Origin: Cycas panzhihuaensis
Lineage: Eukaryota > Plantae > Cycadophyta
Direction: 5' to 3'
Length of the DNA: 64,000 nucleotides
NCBI GenBank assembly: GCA_023213395.1
Contig: CM041465.1
Location: forward strand, 132,253,741-132,317,740
The translations under genes and the position numbers were made by a program. This document shows, piece after piece, positions 51,200-63,413 of the stretch. Under the pieces are notes generated by a model, which was not told the DNA's origin, searched no databases, and saw only the letters and a program-made list of their open reading frames with translations. Position 1 is the first letter of the stretch; each line of letters starts with the position of its first letter.

Positions 51200-52290
51200 T
51201 TATTTTATAGGCTATTGACTATCTTGTAACAAAAAGGGGATGGATAATATATTGTCCTCATGTGCATTAGAAAATGAGTTTGCCCAAATTCTAGGACAAG
51301 CACACAAGGGATTGGTAGGAGGTCATATCACTAGTGATGCCATGACATGCAAAATCGCACATGGTGGATTATGGTGGCATGTGCTGTTTACTTATATAGA
51401 AAGATGGGCTAAAACTCGTGATCATTGTCAAAGAGAAGGAACCAACTATAAGTTTGAAAATTTCTTATCTCCTAACTTGGTTTAACCTATAACACCCTTT
51501 GAAAATTGGGGACTAGATTTCATGGGACCTATCAAACTAGTAACATGAAGAATCAATGCACGATATATCTTAATGGCTATTGATTACGTAACTAAATGAG
51601 TTGAAGCCCAATTGTTATGCAATGTGGATGCTCAAAGAATCACTTGTTTTTTAATATGGAATGATTATCATCCACCTTCATTGTTTGATTGAATTAATTA
51701 GAGATCAAGGAATTAATTTCCTTAATAATCCCTTACAACATCTTACTGAGTTTATGACTACACATTGTAGATCTTTGCCATGCTGTCTTTAGACCAAATG
51801 GGCAATCTGAAACTTCAAATAAAATTATTGGTAATGCATTAAGAAAGATTTGTAAAGATGGGCTGTCCAATTTGGTAGAAAAGCTAACTTTGGTGTTGTG
51901 GGCATTTCATACCACTTAAAAGCAAGCCACAGAACAAGTATCATTCCAATTTGGAGTGATTCTTCCATTTGAACATCAAGTTCCAAGTCAGATACTTGCC
52001 ATGCTTACTTGGATGGGGGTTTATGAATCCTTACAAGAAAGACTAGATGATTTGTCAAATTGGAAGGAAAATGAGTGAAGCCACTATGGAGTATGGGCAT
52101 AGAAACATAGTAGCGAAAGGCATAGGACGATTACCATATTAGAACCCTGATTATTTAGGAAGGATATATATGGTCCATGTATTATGGACAAAGCTGATGT
52201 AAATATGTTAATTTAGTTGAAAAATGCTGACAGTGTAATGCTACCCACATTGGTCAATGGCAGTAGATTAAAATTATATTTACAATGGTA
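51200..52290 (+). pseudogene. Old Gypsy integrase fragment of the same lineage as element I
   Basis: AHKGLVGGH...GLWW...DHCQR zinc motif; PFENWGLDFMGPI; ends LVNGSRLKLY. Confidence 0.8.
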
Positions 52291-54321
52291 GGTAACTTTT
52301 AAAAAAAATTGGCAACATCACAATGTAATATCAAAGGGAGTGATCGGATAGGCATAAAGATGATCATAGCTAGTCAATAGCTAAGCAACTCAATTCAAGA
52401 AATTGTGTGGACAATAGAAACTCTGTGATGAATGCACGGACTGAGCAATTTAAACCAGAAAATTAGAATTGAGAAAGACCAAAGCTGATAAAAAACGGAA
52501 AAAATTCATTTGAAGAGGAGAAAGATGGTGAAATTGAGTCTTGACACAATTTTTTGGGGTATCCTGAGTGGCAACCTTCAAGGATTAGTGTCTGAAGGGC
52601 TCTTTTTTTTTTTGGGTTGGGGGGGGTGTGTGTAAAAGTACATTCTAAAAAGACATTAGAAATCAAATTAATGACCACGTTTACGGACCAAAGGAAGGAC
52701 TGATGTCCAACCTACAATGCTTGATTGAGATATAGAAGGTTCATTTTATAGATAACAAGGATCAATTTATATAAGAAATTAGTTCACAAGCTAGGAATCA
52801 GGTTGCAGCCAACTCAGTCGATCCAAGCTAGAAGTTTGGTTTACTTGTAATAACCACTTTGGTTCCCAGCATTAAAGTAGATCAGTTCAGATATTGTGAT
52901 GCTCAATTAATTTGGTGATTTAAGCAAACAGTCAATGCAGAAATAAAGTATTGTTAGTTATGTAAACTGATTATGTCAATGACTAGTTAACATGGGTCAT
53001 GGGATGAGTTGCAACCATTCGGTTTTCACTGGAGAACTGATGAGAAAAGTAATATATAAACCCAGTTTTTTTGTAAACTGTCAATTTGGGTGAGAGCAAA
53101 TTTGTATCTTCTCTTATCACTGATTGAAGCTGTGAGAGAGTTTTAGTTAATGGTCGCTTTCTGATAATGTATTGTTATTTTATTGTTTATTGTGTCATTT
53201 GTGGACTGATGTTAACGTGTAAATGAATGGTGAGAGAGTGAAGAGAGGCATAATGTGTGTGTAAAACTTTATTTATCAATTGGAAGGGGTCACTGCCATT
53301 GATCTTCAAGGTAGGTTTATTCCCCAGTAACAACCAAGTTTTCAATGGAACTTATTAATGTTGAAAGCCGGCCTCTTTTACTTTATAAACTGAAGCTCTG
53401 TTTAAAAAATTCTTTGTCTTTTTGTCAGTTATATGGGTTTACGTTTTACCCCTCTACAACGTTTTGGGGCATTGCCCTAGGAGTCCCTTGGGGCTCATTC
53501 CTTTGACCTTGCAGGTGACAATTTGTCATATTTGAGCAACTGTTCCATGCTAATTTTATTATGTATGTATTTTGATTTTCACACACACAGACAAGTTATG
53601 ACAAATAGTTGCCATGAAATCCTTCACCCAATTATGATTGTTTTTGTGGAGAAATGGGGTTTAGCAACTTTGATCCTAAGGAAGAGTGTAGAAAATGTAT
53701 AAATGAACTCCTTTGCAAGTATAGTCTCACAGCTAAGAGGTGTTGATTACCATAATTTATCACAATACAATATGTTATAATATTACTAATTGCTAAGCTT
53801 TAGGCTTTTCTCATGTCTAATCAGTTGGATGCGTTCTTGCCTTTTTTTGAAGACAGATTTTTGCAAATGCTAATGCTTCTGCATTTCCGGGCCATTTGAA
53901 AACCCATTTCCATTTTTTCATTTCCATATTTTCACATTTCTGGCAACTTGGAATAAAGTTTTTTTAATTAGGCAAAAAACAATAAATGATTAGAATTACA
54001 TACCACTTTATTTCTGTGGATATGTATTTTTTTAAAAATAAAATTTTGGTCTCTCTAATTGTCCTTATTTTGCCACTAATTGTGGCATTATCATTGTAAT
54101 ATATTCCTGGATGTTGTGATACTTGGGATGAACTTAGTGTCGCTTGTCAATTGATAGATTTGTCTTTTGCTTTCCATAATCCAAAGCAGTTTTGTAGAGT
54201 TTTCAACTTGTATGGTAGTGTTTTGATTTTGCAGCCTTTTATGGTCCTCTTACTTGATTGTGATTTTTTCTGGCACCATATGTATTCATGGATTTGGGCT
54301 CTGTGATTGGTCCTCCACCAG

Positions 54322-54325
54322 GATG
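54322..54325 (+). CDS. RECQ3: RecQ3-type helicase, candidate 4-nt microexon (G|ATG)
   Basis: tcctccacCAG-GATG-GTAAGC. It supplies the last base of Gly and the Met of the conserved AFG-M-GID motif, in phase with the next exon. Confidence 0.7.
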
Positions 54326-54487
54326 GTAAGCAGTTTTTTCCATATGCCCTATTAAGAAGCCTGTTTGCTTTTCTATGTTTTTAAAACTATGGATGTGGGG
54401 CAGTAAACGTCTGACATGTTATCCAGTCTTGAATCAGTCCCTTTGTTAATGGGCCTGGGCGCTGATCCACGTGAATGCATAAAACAG

Positions 54488-54637
54488 GGAATAGATCGGA
54501 AAGATGTGCGAATTGTATGCCACTTTAATATTCCAAAGTCTATGGAAGCATTCTATCAGGAATCCGGAAGAGCAGGACGTGATCAGAAACCATCAAGAAG
54601 CTTACTTTACTATGGACTTGATGATCGGAGAAGCATG
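54488..54637 (+). CDS. RECQ3: RecQ3-type ATP-dependent DNA helicase exon (motifs V-VI)
   Basis: AG|[50 protein letters not shown]|GT, 150 nt. Confidence 0.93.
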
Positions 54638-54775
54638 GTTCCTTTCAACTCTCTTTTGGCTATTCAATTTTCAGACGCTGCTGGTGATTTTGATTGTTGT
54701 CATATATCCACTGTAGACCCATGCATAAATATTATCCAATATTGTTTTTCTGGATTTCAATGCTTTTGCTTGCAG

Positions 54776-54868
54776 GAATTTATTTTAAACAACTCCTCCC
54801 AGTTTAAAGGAAAGAAACAAATGTCTCAGGATTTATCATTGAAGAAATCTCTTGCAGATTTTGTTCAG
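54776..54868 (+). CDS. RECQ3: RecQ3-type helicase exon
   Basis: tgcAG|[31 protein letters not shown]|GTgag, 93 nt, phase 0. Confidence 0.9.
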
Positions 54869-54977
54869 GTGAGATGATTGATCCATGATGTAGCATTTTT
54901 ATCAAAGATTTATGGATAATCAAGTCTAAAATATTCTATAAATATAAATTCTTTGGTCTTATATGGCCATTGTGCAG

Positions 54978-55043
54978 ATGGTCAACTATTGTGAAGGAAC
55001 TGGCTGCCGGAGGCAGAAAATCCTTGCACACTTTGGCGAGCAG
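54978..55043 (+). CDS. RECQ3: RecQ3-type helicase exon (RQC zinc-binding region, first half)
   Basis: tgcAG|MVNYCEGTGCRRQKILAHFGEQ|GT, 66 nt. Too short to appear in the ORF track. Confidence 0.92.
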
Positions 55044-55173
55044 GTTCTTGGGTTTGATTAATTAATATCATTTGTCCTTCCATGGCTTGTTTGTTGGTAT
55101 GTTTTAGTGCTTTGGGTCACAATATTGTGGAATATCTAACTATTATAGCATGGCACATTTAATTTCCATTCAG

Positions 55174-55307
55174 GTATCTGTGTCACTTTGTGGGAAAACG
55201 TGTGATTCATGCAAACATCCAAATCGATTATTTAAGGAGCTGGAGGAACTTTCACTAATGTCTGGTTCCCGTGGAAAGAATGGACTGACTTCAGTCATCA
55301 TCAGTAG
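55174..55307 (+). CDS. RECQ3: RecQ3-type helicase exon (RQC zinc-binding region, second half)
   Basis: ttcAG|VSVSLCGKTCDSCKHPNRLFKELEEL...SVIIS+AG|GTactt. An alternative donor at 55304 is possible. Confidence 0.88.
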
Positions 55308-55739
55308 GTACTTACACAGGTTATTTTATTGATAACAAATTTTGGATGTTTAAGCTTGTTTGATTTGGTGCTTCTATGAATGGATCCCAACTCTGGCCTC
55401 CCTTTTGTTTCAAGGCTACCTTGATAAATGACCTCTATCCAGGTCCCTAAACCATGAATCAGTTGGAATTTGAAATTGAACCTGTTAGACAAATTGTTTG
55501 GTTGAAATTTACTTAGATAAGTTACTAAAGTGGCAACCGAGAAAGACTTTGATTGGCACTTTTTTTTTTGTTTTTTTTTTTGCTTTAGGCTGCACAAGAT
55601 TGAGCTTGGAAGGTCCAAGTAGAACAATCCACGAAGAGAGGGATTGCATTTATCAGACTCTTATCAAGCATACCACAAAGCTTATTATATCTGAAGTTGG
55701 ATATATAACTTAAAAGCAAAGCAGGATCAATGGACACAA

Positions 55740-56300
55740 GCTTACTGCTGCACAAAAGGTGCCTCTAGTGATGAAAGTTCTCTAAGAAAGAGGGATACAC
55801 ATTTATGACCTTCAAAAGAACCAAATGTAGGCAGGGGACCCTTTGGAATCTCTAAATAGTGGTATCTACCTTGGATCTCATTGTAAATTGAACAATGAAA
55901 GATAGAATGCTGCTTGATCTCAATCTTAAGTGAGCAAAAATGAAATGTTCCATTTCCATTTAAAGCTGATGTGAACAAACCTTGAACTATTCCATAGGGA
56001 AACTTAGATTGCGTAATGTGAAGGTGTGTCCATTCCAAGGGACCAACAATACTATTAGTTGGCCTGATAGAGTGCTTAGAATAGAAGGGCAATCTTGGAC
56101 TAAGCTTTTGGGGTGGGGAGATCCATGTGAATTGGAGGTATGCTTGATAAAGTTAATATTTTTTTCTTCATCAAATTCAGATTAAGGGTATCCAGGCAGA
56201 ACCTAGTAGGAGGCAAACAATCAATGGTATTCCTCTTGTTTGGAGGAGAGAGAACTCCATGTATTAAGAAGTAGGCTTTGTACGGTTAGAGTGACCATGA
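55740..56300 (-). mobile_element. Decayed 3' end of a LINE (non-LTR) ORF2
   Basis: ORF 55742-56092 has FCSL...QHSIFHCSIYNEIQGRYH, resembling the C-terminal CCHC zinc motif of LINE ORF2. A poly-T tract at about 55560-55580 could be its poly-A tail. Confidence 0.5.
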
Positions 56301-56377
56301 CTAGTAGTAGTCAAGTCTCATCAAGAACAAAGTGCAAGTGTGGATATCTACTAGTCCCACCATATGTATATATTCTT

Positions 56378-56974
56378 TGTTAGAGAATAATGTTTAATCT
56401 ATGGTCAATCCATGATGGTCATATGTATTTGGAGTTCATACTCTAGTCATCCAATGTTGTCTAGTGGTCACGTTGTGGTGGAGTCATTAGACATACTCCC
56501 AAGTTTCTAAATATGTGAACATTATGAAATATTGTGTAAATGTTCACCTAAGACATTGGAAGACTTAGATGTTTTCACACATGATCTTATTGGTGGATGT
56601 TTGATGCAATATCACTGGTCCTTAATGAGGTGACCTGCTTGTATAAAAGGGCAAAGCTTATTTATGGATAGTTATGAATACATGTAGTTCTTCCACAATG
56701 GAAACTAGTATGGTCTCATCATGTGCTTTATTGTATATCATCTTTTATTAATGAAATCTCATATATTGAAAGTGAATGTTTCCTCATCTTGAGGTTTCAC
56801 TGCTATAAATCATGTTTTGTTGTTCATTATTGATGACTGTATACATTTTTGTTGATCATGTGATATTAGACCTCATGTTAAATGTTTTCATATTGATGTA
56901 CTTGTATTTAGTGAAGTGTTTGATACTGTTGTCATAATGATATCAAACCCTAAATTTAAACGTGGTATTAGAGC
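56378..56974 (+). mobile_element. Orphan 5' LTR plus PBS
   Basis: Starts TGTTAGAG; TATA-like gtataaaag at 56641; PBS TGGTATTAGAGC at 56963-56974. Confidence 0.6.
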
Positions 56975-57199
56975 AAGAACAACCCTGTATGGTAGGTCCT
57001 AGATTATTAGAGCGAAGGTTACTTGATGCGAATGTATAGCCAAAATGCTCATATGCAAACGGATCTCTTTTAATTGATATGCAAATGGATCTCTTCATAT
57101 GCAAATGCAACTCTTTTCCTTGATCTCGATTTGCCTCTCGCGAGACTCTTCCACCAGGCGATCAGACGTCATATGTGTTTGCTTTAGGTCTTCTGTGTA

Positions 57200-59595
57200 G
57201 TCATGTTGTTTCCCCTGAATTTGTTCTTGTTCATGTTCTTGCAAGGTCTCTGAGACCTCCCAAATAATAGTTTGTTCTTCTTCTTCTTCTGTTTCTGCTA
57301 ATTTGTCTAGTAGCTTTGATGCTTCAATATCCTCATGAAAGGCTTTGATACATGCATTTTGAAAGAAATACCAATCGGAAAATACTCTTCCTAACCAATT
57401 AATGAACTAATCAAGAGCTCTTCCTTCTAGGAAGTGTTTTAACAATGGTTTATACTCTTCAATTTTGGTACCCAATGTGTATTTGTAATAGGTCTTGAGT
57501 GTTTCTACCCAATGCGTCATATTATCCTCGTGGTCCAGATTAGAGAAATCTATCTCCATTTTTCTTTTTAGTCTCAGAGATTTTGACTCTAGATGTGCCC
57601 TCTTTAGTTCTCGAGTTTTCTTTGCAAATTTTTGTTTATCGCTGTACTTGAAACTAGTTTGGAACCACCTTCCTTTAAAATCCTCCTACATCACCCTTTT
57701 TAGAAATGACCACTTAAAGTACTCCAAGTCCTCAAGTTCTGCAAAATTGCCTGAACCAATTTATTCCATTACCACTTAGATACTGGGATGCGAAAAGAAT
57801 CTTCTTTTCTTCAGGCATCGAGTTAATGTCGAAGTAGGCATCCAACATCCTTGTCCATTCTATCATGTCTATTCCTTTGTTGGGGTCCCATTTTTCTAAG
57901 GAGATCTACACTTTGTTAGCCATTTCAAATGGCTTAATTAAACTCCTTCAGGTAACTGTGGATACTAAAAAATTTTTGGTCAACAAGTGTTGCAACTTTA
58001 TTGATTAAACTTATATCACTCATTGGTCAAAACTATCACATATGACCACTAGTAATGATCGTTTTTGAACCGGGATTCCAACAATTCAGATGGTACTTCA
58101 ATCCGGTATCTATAGTCCAAGTTATGGACAAAAATGTCTAGGTACCTTGTTTGAAAAATAAAACTAAAAAAAAAGAAAAGAAAAAGAAGAAGAAAAAAAA
58201 GAAATACTTTTCCTAAACCCTTTTGTAGGCTTAGCCCTTAGTCATTATGATGACTTCGTAGGACCATCTACTAACCCACCTATGGGGGAGCAAACTCCAA
58301 GCAAATATCAAATCTACAAGGTAAAAGACTTGATTAAAGGGTTGATGAAACACTCGATTGATGGTGGATGGGTGATGGAATCCTCAACACGTACTTCACA
58401 TACCCACGGAGGGCGATGGATAGCTTGGCAAAGGGCAGTACACAAGGTTCCTCAGACTCTGGTAGCTCTTCTTCATAGGATCACGAGATAGAATGAAAGT
58501 GTCACACATGCTAAGTTTGAGCGATTCACAAAAGAGCTTGCTAGGCAACACAAAGACCTTCAACATAGAGTAGGAATGCAATGGCATACACAAGTTAAGC
58601 AAATGCCACACACACGGGCACATCAACACCACCAATGCACAGGGCAAGTGAACATTGTAAAGGGCAACTTGCACCATGCACAAGCAGTAGCAATCCTTGC
58701 AATGGAGGTCCTTCACAGGTAGCCACAAGTTGACGTTGTAGTTCACATAGGTGCACTCACGAAGACAGAAATTGCTACAAATGATGACAATATTGCAGAG
58801 CTTGGGGAGGTCCCTATGCAAGACAATAGAGGAGCAGGGTATCACAAGGGGAGCTTTCCAACTAGAGGGGCAATTGGTTGCATTCAAACCCTAACTTAGT
58901 ACAGATGATAACATGGCAAACTAGCTAACATGGCACCATGGTAGTGTCGCATCCTTGCATAACAAATATCAACTTGGAGAATACCTTATGTGGCTCTCAA
59001 CTTGGCTTTGATATCGGTTGTAGCGAGCCCGGATTCTCGAGTAGCAGATAATGGTAATAGTCACAAATATTCATAGTATACATAGTGGATTTTTATGGAT
59101 TTCACAGCAATGATTCTCCACAGAGATAATATTTCCAACAGATAACATATATTTACATCACATAAACTATCCTTCAATAGTCATAGTTCATTTATCCATG
59201 CAATATAACATCCATATATTGATAAATAACAACAAAAATTGAAGTAAATAATAATATCATAATAACAAAACTTGGTACAATATTCAATAGTATTTGAAAC
59301 CCTCTTTGAGGCAAGAGCAATTGTCCAAATGGCACGGATGTGCCCCAATGTCTTGGGGCCATTATCTCAAGTATAATAACTTCTCCAAGATGTTTTACAA
59401 ATGATCAAGGCTTTTCTATTTATAGCTTTTATTTTCACTCTCAGAACCAACTCCTAAATTTTCTCTCTAAAAAAAAATCAACTTCGTAATAAAGTATATG
59501 AAATGACTCTCTCCTTAATCCTTCTAAAACCGACTTCATAATAATAATTCCCTCAATAGAAAATTGACTTCTTCCTTATTTTTGAGAATGCTACA
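57200..59595 (-). mobile_element. Gypsy element K: 5' LTR (59019-59595), degenerate PBS, leader and tandem gag modules; no pol seen
   Basis: LTR termini TGTAGCGAG...GCTACA as in element C; PBS-like gctttgatatcg at 59005-59016; gag-like frames start at 57923 and 57559. Confidence 0.7.
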
Positions 59596-62500
59596 TTGGA
59601 GGCCTTGAAGGGACCATCAAATTTTGTCTTAAGACACTAGGGGTAGAATTAGAGCTATATGTGCTGTGATGATCACTTTAGACCAGTAGGACAAATTGGC
59701 AAACCAAATTGGTACCAATCTGGAACTAAGGTTGATCCTTCACTTAGGGAACAAAAGGAAGATGAGTTAACAGAAGGCAAACTATCAAGAGTAGAATAAT
59801 TAAAATAGAAGATCATAAGATCCATGCGCAAACTTTAAGGAGTCATGCTCTATAGTCCATGCTATGGGTTATGGCTCAGTTGTGCCAGAGCTATATGCAT
59901 CGTGATGATCGCTCTAGATGAATAGGACAAATTGACAAACCAAATTGGTGTCAATTCACAACCAAGGCTAATCCTCCACTTAGGGAACAAAAGGAGGGTG
60001 GGCCAACAGAAGGCAAACTATCAAGAGTAGAACATATGCACTGAGCCATGTGTTTTGACTGTAACGGAAAATGGAGTTATGACTATAAATGGCCAACTAA
60101 GAAGGTCTTCATGATTAATGACAAAGAAATGGATGTATCGACACCAAAAGTGCAACTAGAAGAAATACACTCACCCAAAGAGGATGAAGCGGAAATTGAA
60201 GAGTTACTCAACGACATAGAATTGGAGAAAGTTCAAATATCACTACAAGCTATTACTGGAGCGATAATCACACCTCAAAGACTACGATTTGAAGGAACAA
60301 TTAAAAATTGGCAAGTTATCAGTATTGGTGGATAGTGACAGTACAAACAATTTCATCAATCGCCCAATGACAGTTAAGTTGGAGGTCCAAGTCAAGCCTC
60401 TTAAACAATTTCGAGCAGCAATTATGAATGGAAATAGTGTACCTTGCGGAGGATTTTGTGACAAGGTACATTTATAGATTGTTGACTATTCTTTAAGCAC
60501 CTGTATATTTGCCATCCCTGTTGGAGGGTTTGACGTAGTCTTGGGCATTAAATGGCTTTAGAACTTGGGTAATATAGCTACAAACTATATAATGAAATTC
60601 ATGAGTTTTTTTCAAAAAGGGCATATAAACCCCTTATCTCCCTCACAATTGGTTTCATCTCATCGCATGGAAAAACTACTTAAAAAGAATCCTTTCGCAT
60701 TCCTTATGTCATGCTATAAAACCTCTTCCATGATATTCCATCTGAAGTACAAGTTATTATAGACTAGAATGTCAGGGTCTTTGAAGACATTCTAAGAGAT
60801 CTATTGTCGACTAGAGAAAATGAGCACTCAATATAGTTGGAACTAGGCTCCGCACTTGTGAATATTTGTCTATATAGGCATCCATATCACTTCAAGAAGG
60901 AAATAGAGCAGACTACCAAGGAGTTGTTGAAGCAAGGAGCTATCATACCTAGTTCAAGTCCATTCGCATCCCAAGTGATCTTGGAAAGGATGGATCCTAT
61001 CGGATGTGTGTTGATTACCGTGCCTTGAATAAATTAATAATTAAGAACAAATATCTAATTCCATAAATTGGACTTGCTAGACAAATTGCACAGGGCCCAT
61101 TTTTTTTCAAAAAATGACCTTCACTTTGTGTACTATCAAATTCACATTAAGGTAAAATATTTGTACAAAATAGCCTTCTACACTCATAAAAGTCTGTTCG
61201 AATTTTGAGTAATGCCATTTGGACTAACTAATGCACCTGCAACTTTCTAGTTTACGATGAATACGATACTTAAGTCTTTGATCAGAAGATTTGTCCTGGT
61301 TTTCTTTGATGATATCTTGATTTACAACAAGACATGGGAGGAGCATTTAATTCATCTACAGGAGGTATTGTGCATAGTCAAAGAAAATCAATTCTTTGCA
61401 AATGAGTCTAGATGCACTTTTATATAAAAAGAATTAGAATATTTAGGCTACATTATCATACAAGATGGAGTCAAAATGAATCTTAAAAAGGTCCAAAAAA
61501 GGTCCAAGCAATTGTAAATTGGCCTACAGTAGCTAACGTTACTAGGGTTAGAAGTTTCTTAGGCATAGCTGGATTTTTGTGATGTTTCATAAAAGGATAT
61601 GTAAGCATTACAATTCCATTAAGAGATCTAACTAAAAATGAAGCTTTTGTATGGCAAGACTCTACAAACTAAGCCTTCCATAGGATAAAGTATGCCATGG
61701 TCGCTACCCTGGTATTAGGCATGTTAGATTTCAAGAATTCGTATGTTCACGAATGTGACGCTTCTAGAGTTGGATTAGGAGCAATTCTTCTCCAAGGTAA
61801 TAGACCTCTAGTATATGAAAGTCAAAAGCTTAATGCCAGGGAACATCTAAAACACATCTAGGACAAGGAAATGCTAGTGATCATGCGCGCCATCCATTAA
61901 TGGTGATAGTATTTTCTAGGAAGTAAATTCCTAATCAAAACAGACCATGATGGTCTCAAATATGTTCTAAACCAAAACTTGCTATCGTATGAACAACAAA
62001 AATGGGTCAACAAGCTACCAACTTTTGGCTTTGACATAATTTATAAAAAAGGAAAAGAAAATGTCATTGTTGATGCATTCTTTAGGATTTTAGAACAGGT
62101 AGTGATGCAAGCCATTTAAGCCAACCTAACTTGGACACAAATTGATACAAGAGTATAGGAAAGATCCACCTTCTTGGCAAATAATTAAAAAAATCCAAGT
62201 TGGAACACAAACAAGTTGCGAATTATGTAATGATCTAGTACTACATAGAGGAGAAATCTTTGTTTTGCAAACATCAACATTGAAGGAGAAATTTCTCTAA
62301 GAAGCTCATGCAACACCATTAATAGGACATGTGAGAATAGGCAAGACATATCAACAAATTTAGATCATATACTTTTGGAAAGGATTAAAAGTAGATGTTT
62401 ACAAGTTTGTTTCCAAGTGCGACACATGCCAATGGAACAAAAGTGAGAGTGTCAAAATACCAAGATTACTTCAACCATTACACATACTAGAGCATAAATG

Positions 62501-63190
62501 GGAGGAGATATGTATGAATTTTATTACTGGGTTAACCAAATCAAAGAGCAAAGATTCAATCCTTATTGTTGTGGACCAATTGATTAAATATGTACATTTC
62601 AGGGGAACTCAATCCATGGTAAAAACCAGTAAGATTACTAAGATTTTCATAAAGGAAATCCATAGACCACATGGTTTTCCCAAAGTTTTAGTAAGCGACT
62701 GGGATTCAAAGTTCACAAGCATTTTTTGGAAAGAAATATTTCGTTAGGTCGGGACTAAGCTCACAATAAGCACTACATATCATCGGCAAATCGATGGTTA
62801 GACTGCAACCATTAATAAATGCTTGGGGGGCTACCTTCGAAATTTCTCTTTTGACAAACATTATCATTGGCATAGATGGCTAAACTTGGTAGAATAGTGG
62901 TACAATACCACTTATCACATGTTGGCAAAGATGACACCTTTTCAAGCATTGTATGGTTACGAGTCTCTATCTCTCCTTTCTTGGGCTAATTTAAAAGTTT
63001 TGATAGTTTAGGATCAACAATAGTAGATCACTCAAACATTGCAAGTACAAAAAGACAATTTGAGTCTTGCAAGGAACTAGATGAAATAACAACTTGATTT
63101 GCATAGGACAGAAAGATCATTTGTGGATGGTGAATGGGTATTTTTACGATTCCAACCTTATAAACAATCTACTCTTAAACAAAAATAAAA
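59596..63190 (+). pseudogene. Gypsy element L internal region (gag C-terminus, PR, RT, RNaseH, IN), decayed
   Basis: CFDCNGKW; VLVDSDSTNNFI; [18 protein letters not shown]; ECDAS; MNFITGLT..HGFPKVLVSD. Same lineage as C and G. Confidence 0.88.
59651..60032 (+). repeat. Diverged direct duplication of about 146 bp in the gag of element L
   Basis: agagctatatg...aactatcaagagtagaa at 59651-59796 and 59887-60032. Confidence 0.85.
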
Positions 63191-63413
63191 CCTATCGCTT
63201 ATTACTCATCCTTTCAGTTTATCTAGTCATGAGTAAAAACTTAAATTTGGTATGAATCAATTGCTTTCACTAACTAATTTTACGTAAATGATAAGTGGAA
63301 AGCAGTAGGAACTAAAATGAACAATATAGTAGCGATAAATGCGAGAATATTTACTTTCGTAATATTATCATTTTCTCTTCATTCTACAATAACTCAAGAT
63401 TTGATCTCATAAA

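Noticed and set aside
53045-53095. TTTGG|GTGAG as the missing upstream RecQ exon end
   Set aside because: The phase fits, but the translation (KPSFFVNCQFG) does not resemble VVVATVAFG.
54416-54877. 153-aa ORF as a single-exon RecQ protein
   Set aside because: It reads through intron sequence. Only 54488-54637 and 54776-54868 match RecQ and are bounded by AG/GT.
58282-58887. Cys/His-rich ORFs (69 aa and 163 aa)
   Set aside because: They lie in the leader of element K, have no domain pattern, and are consistent with chance ORFs in CA/TG-rich sequence.
1352-59016. TGGTATCAGAGC motifs as tRNA genes
   Set aside because: These are 11-12 nt complements of the tRNA-iMet 3' end next to LTRs, so they are PBSs. 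No cloverleaf is present.
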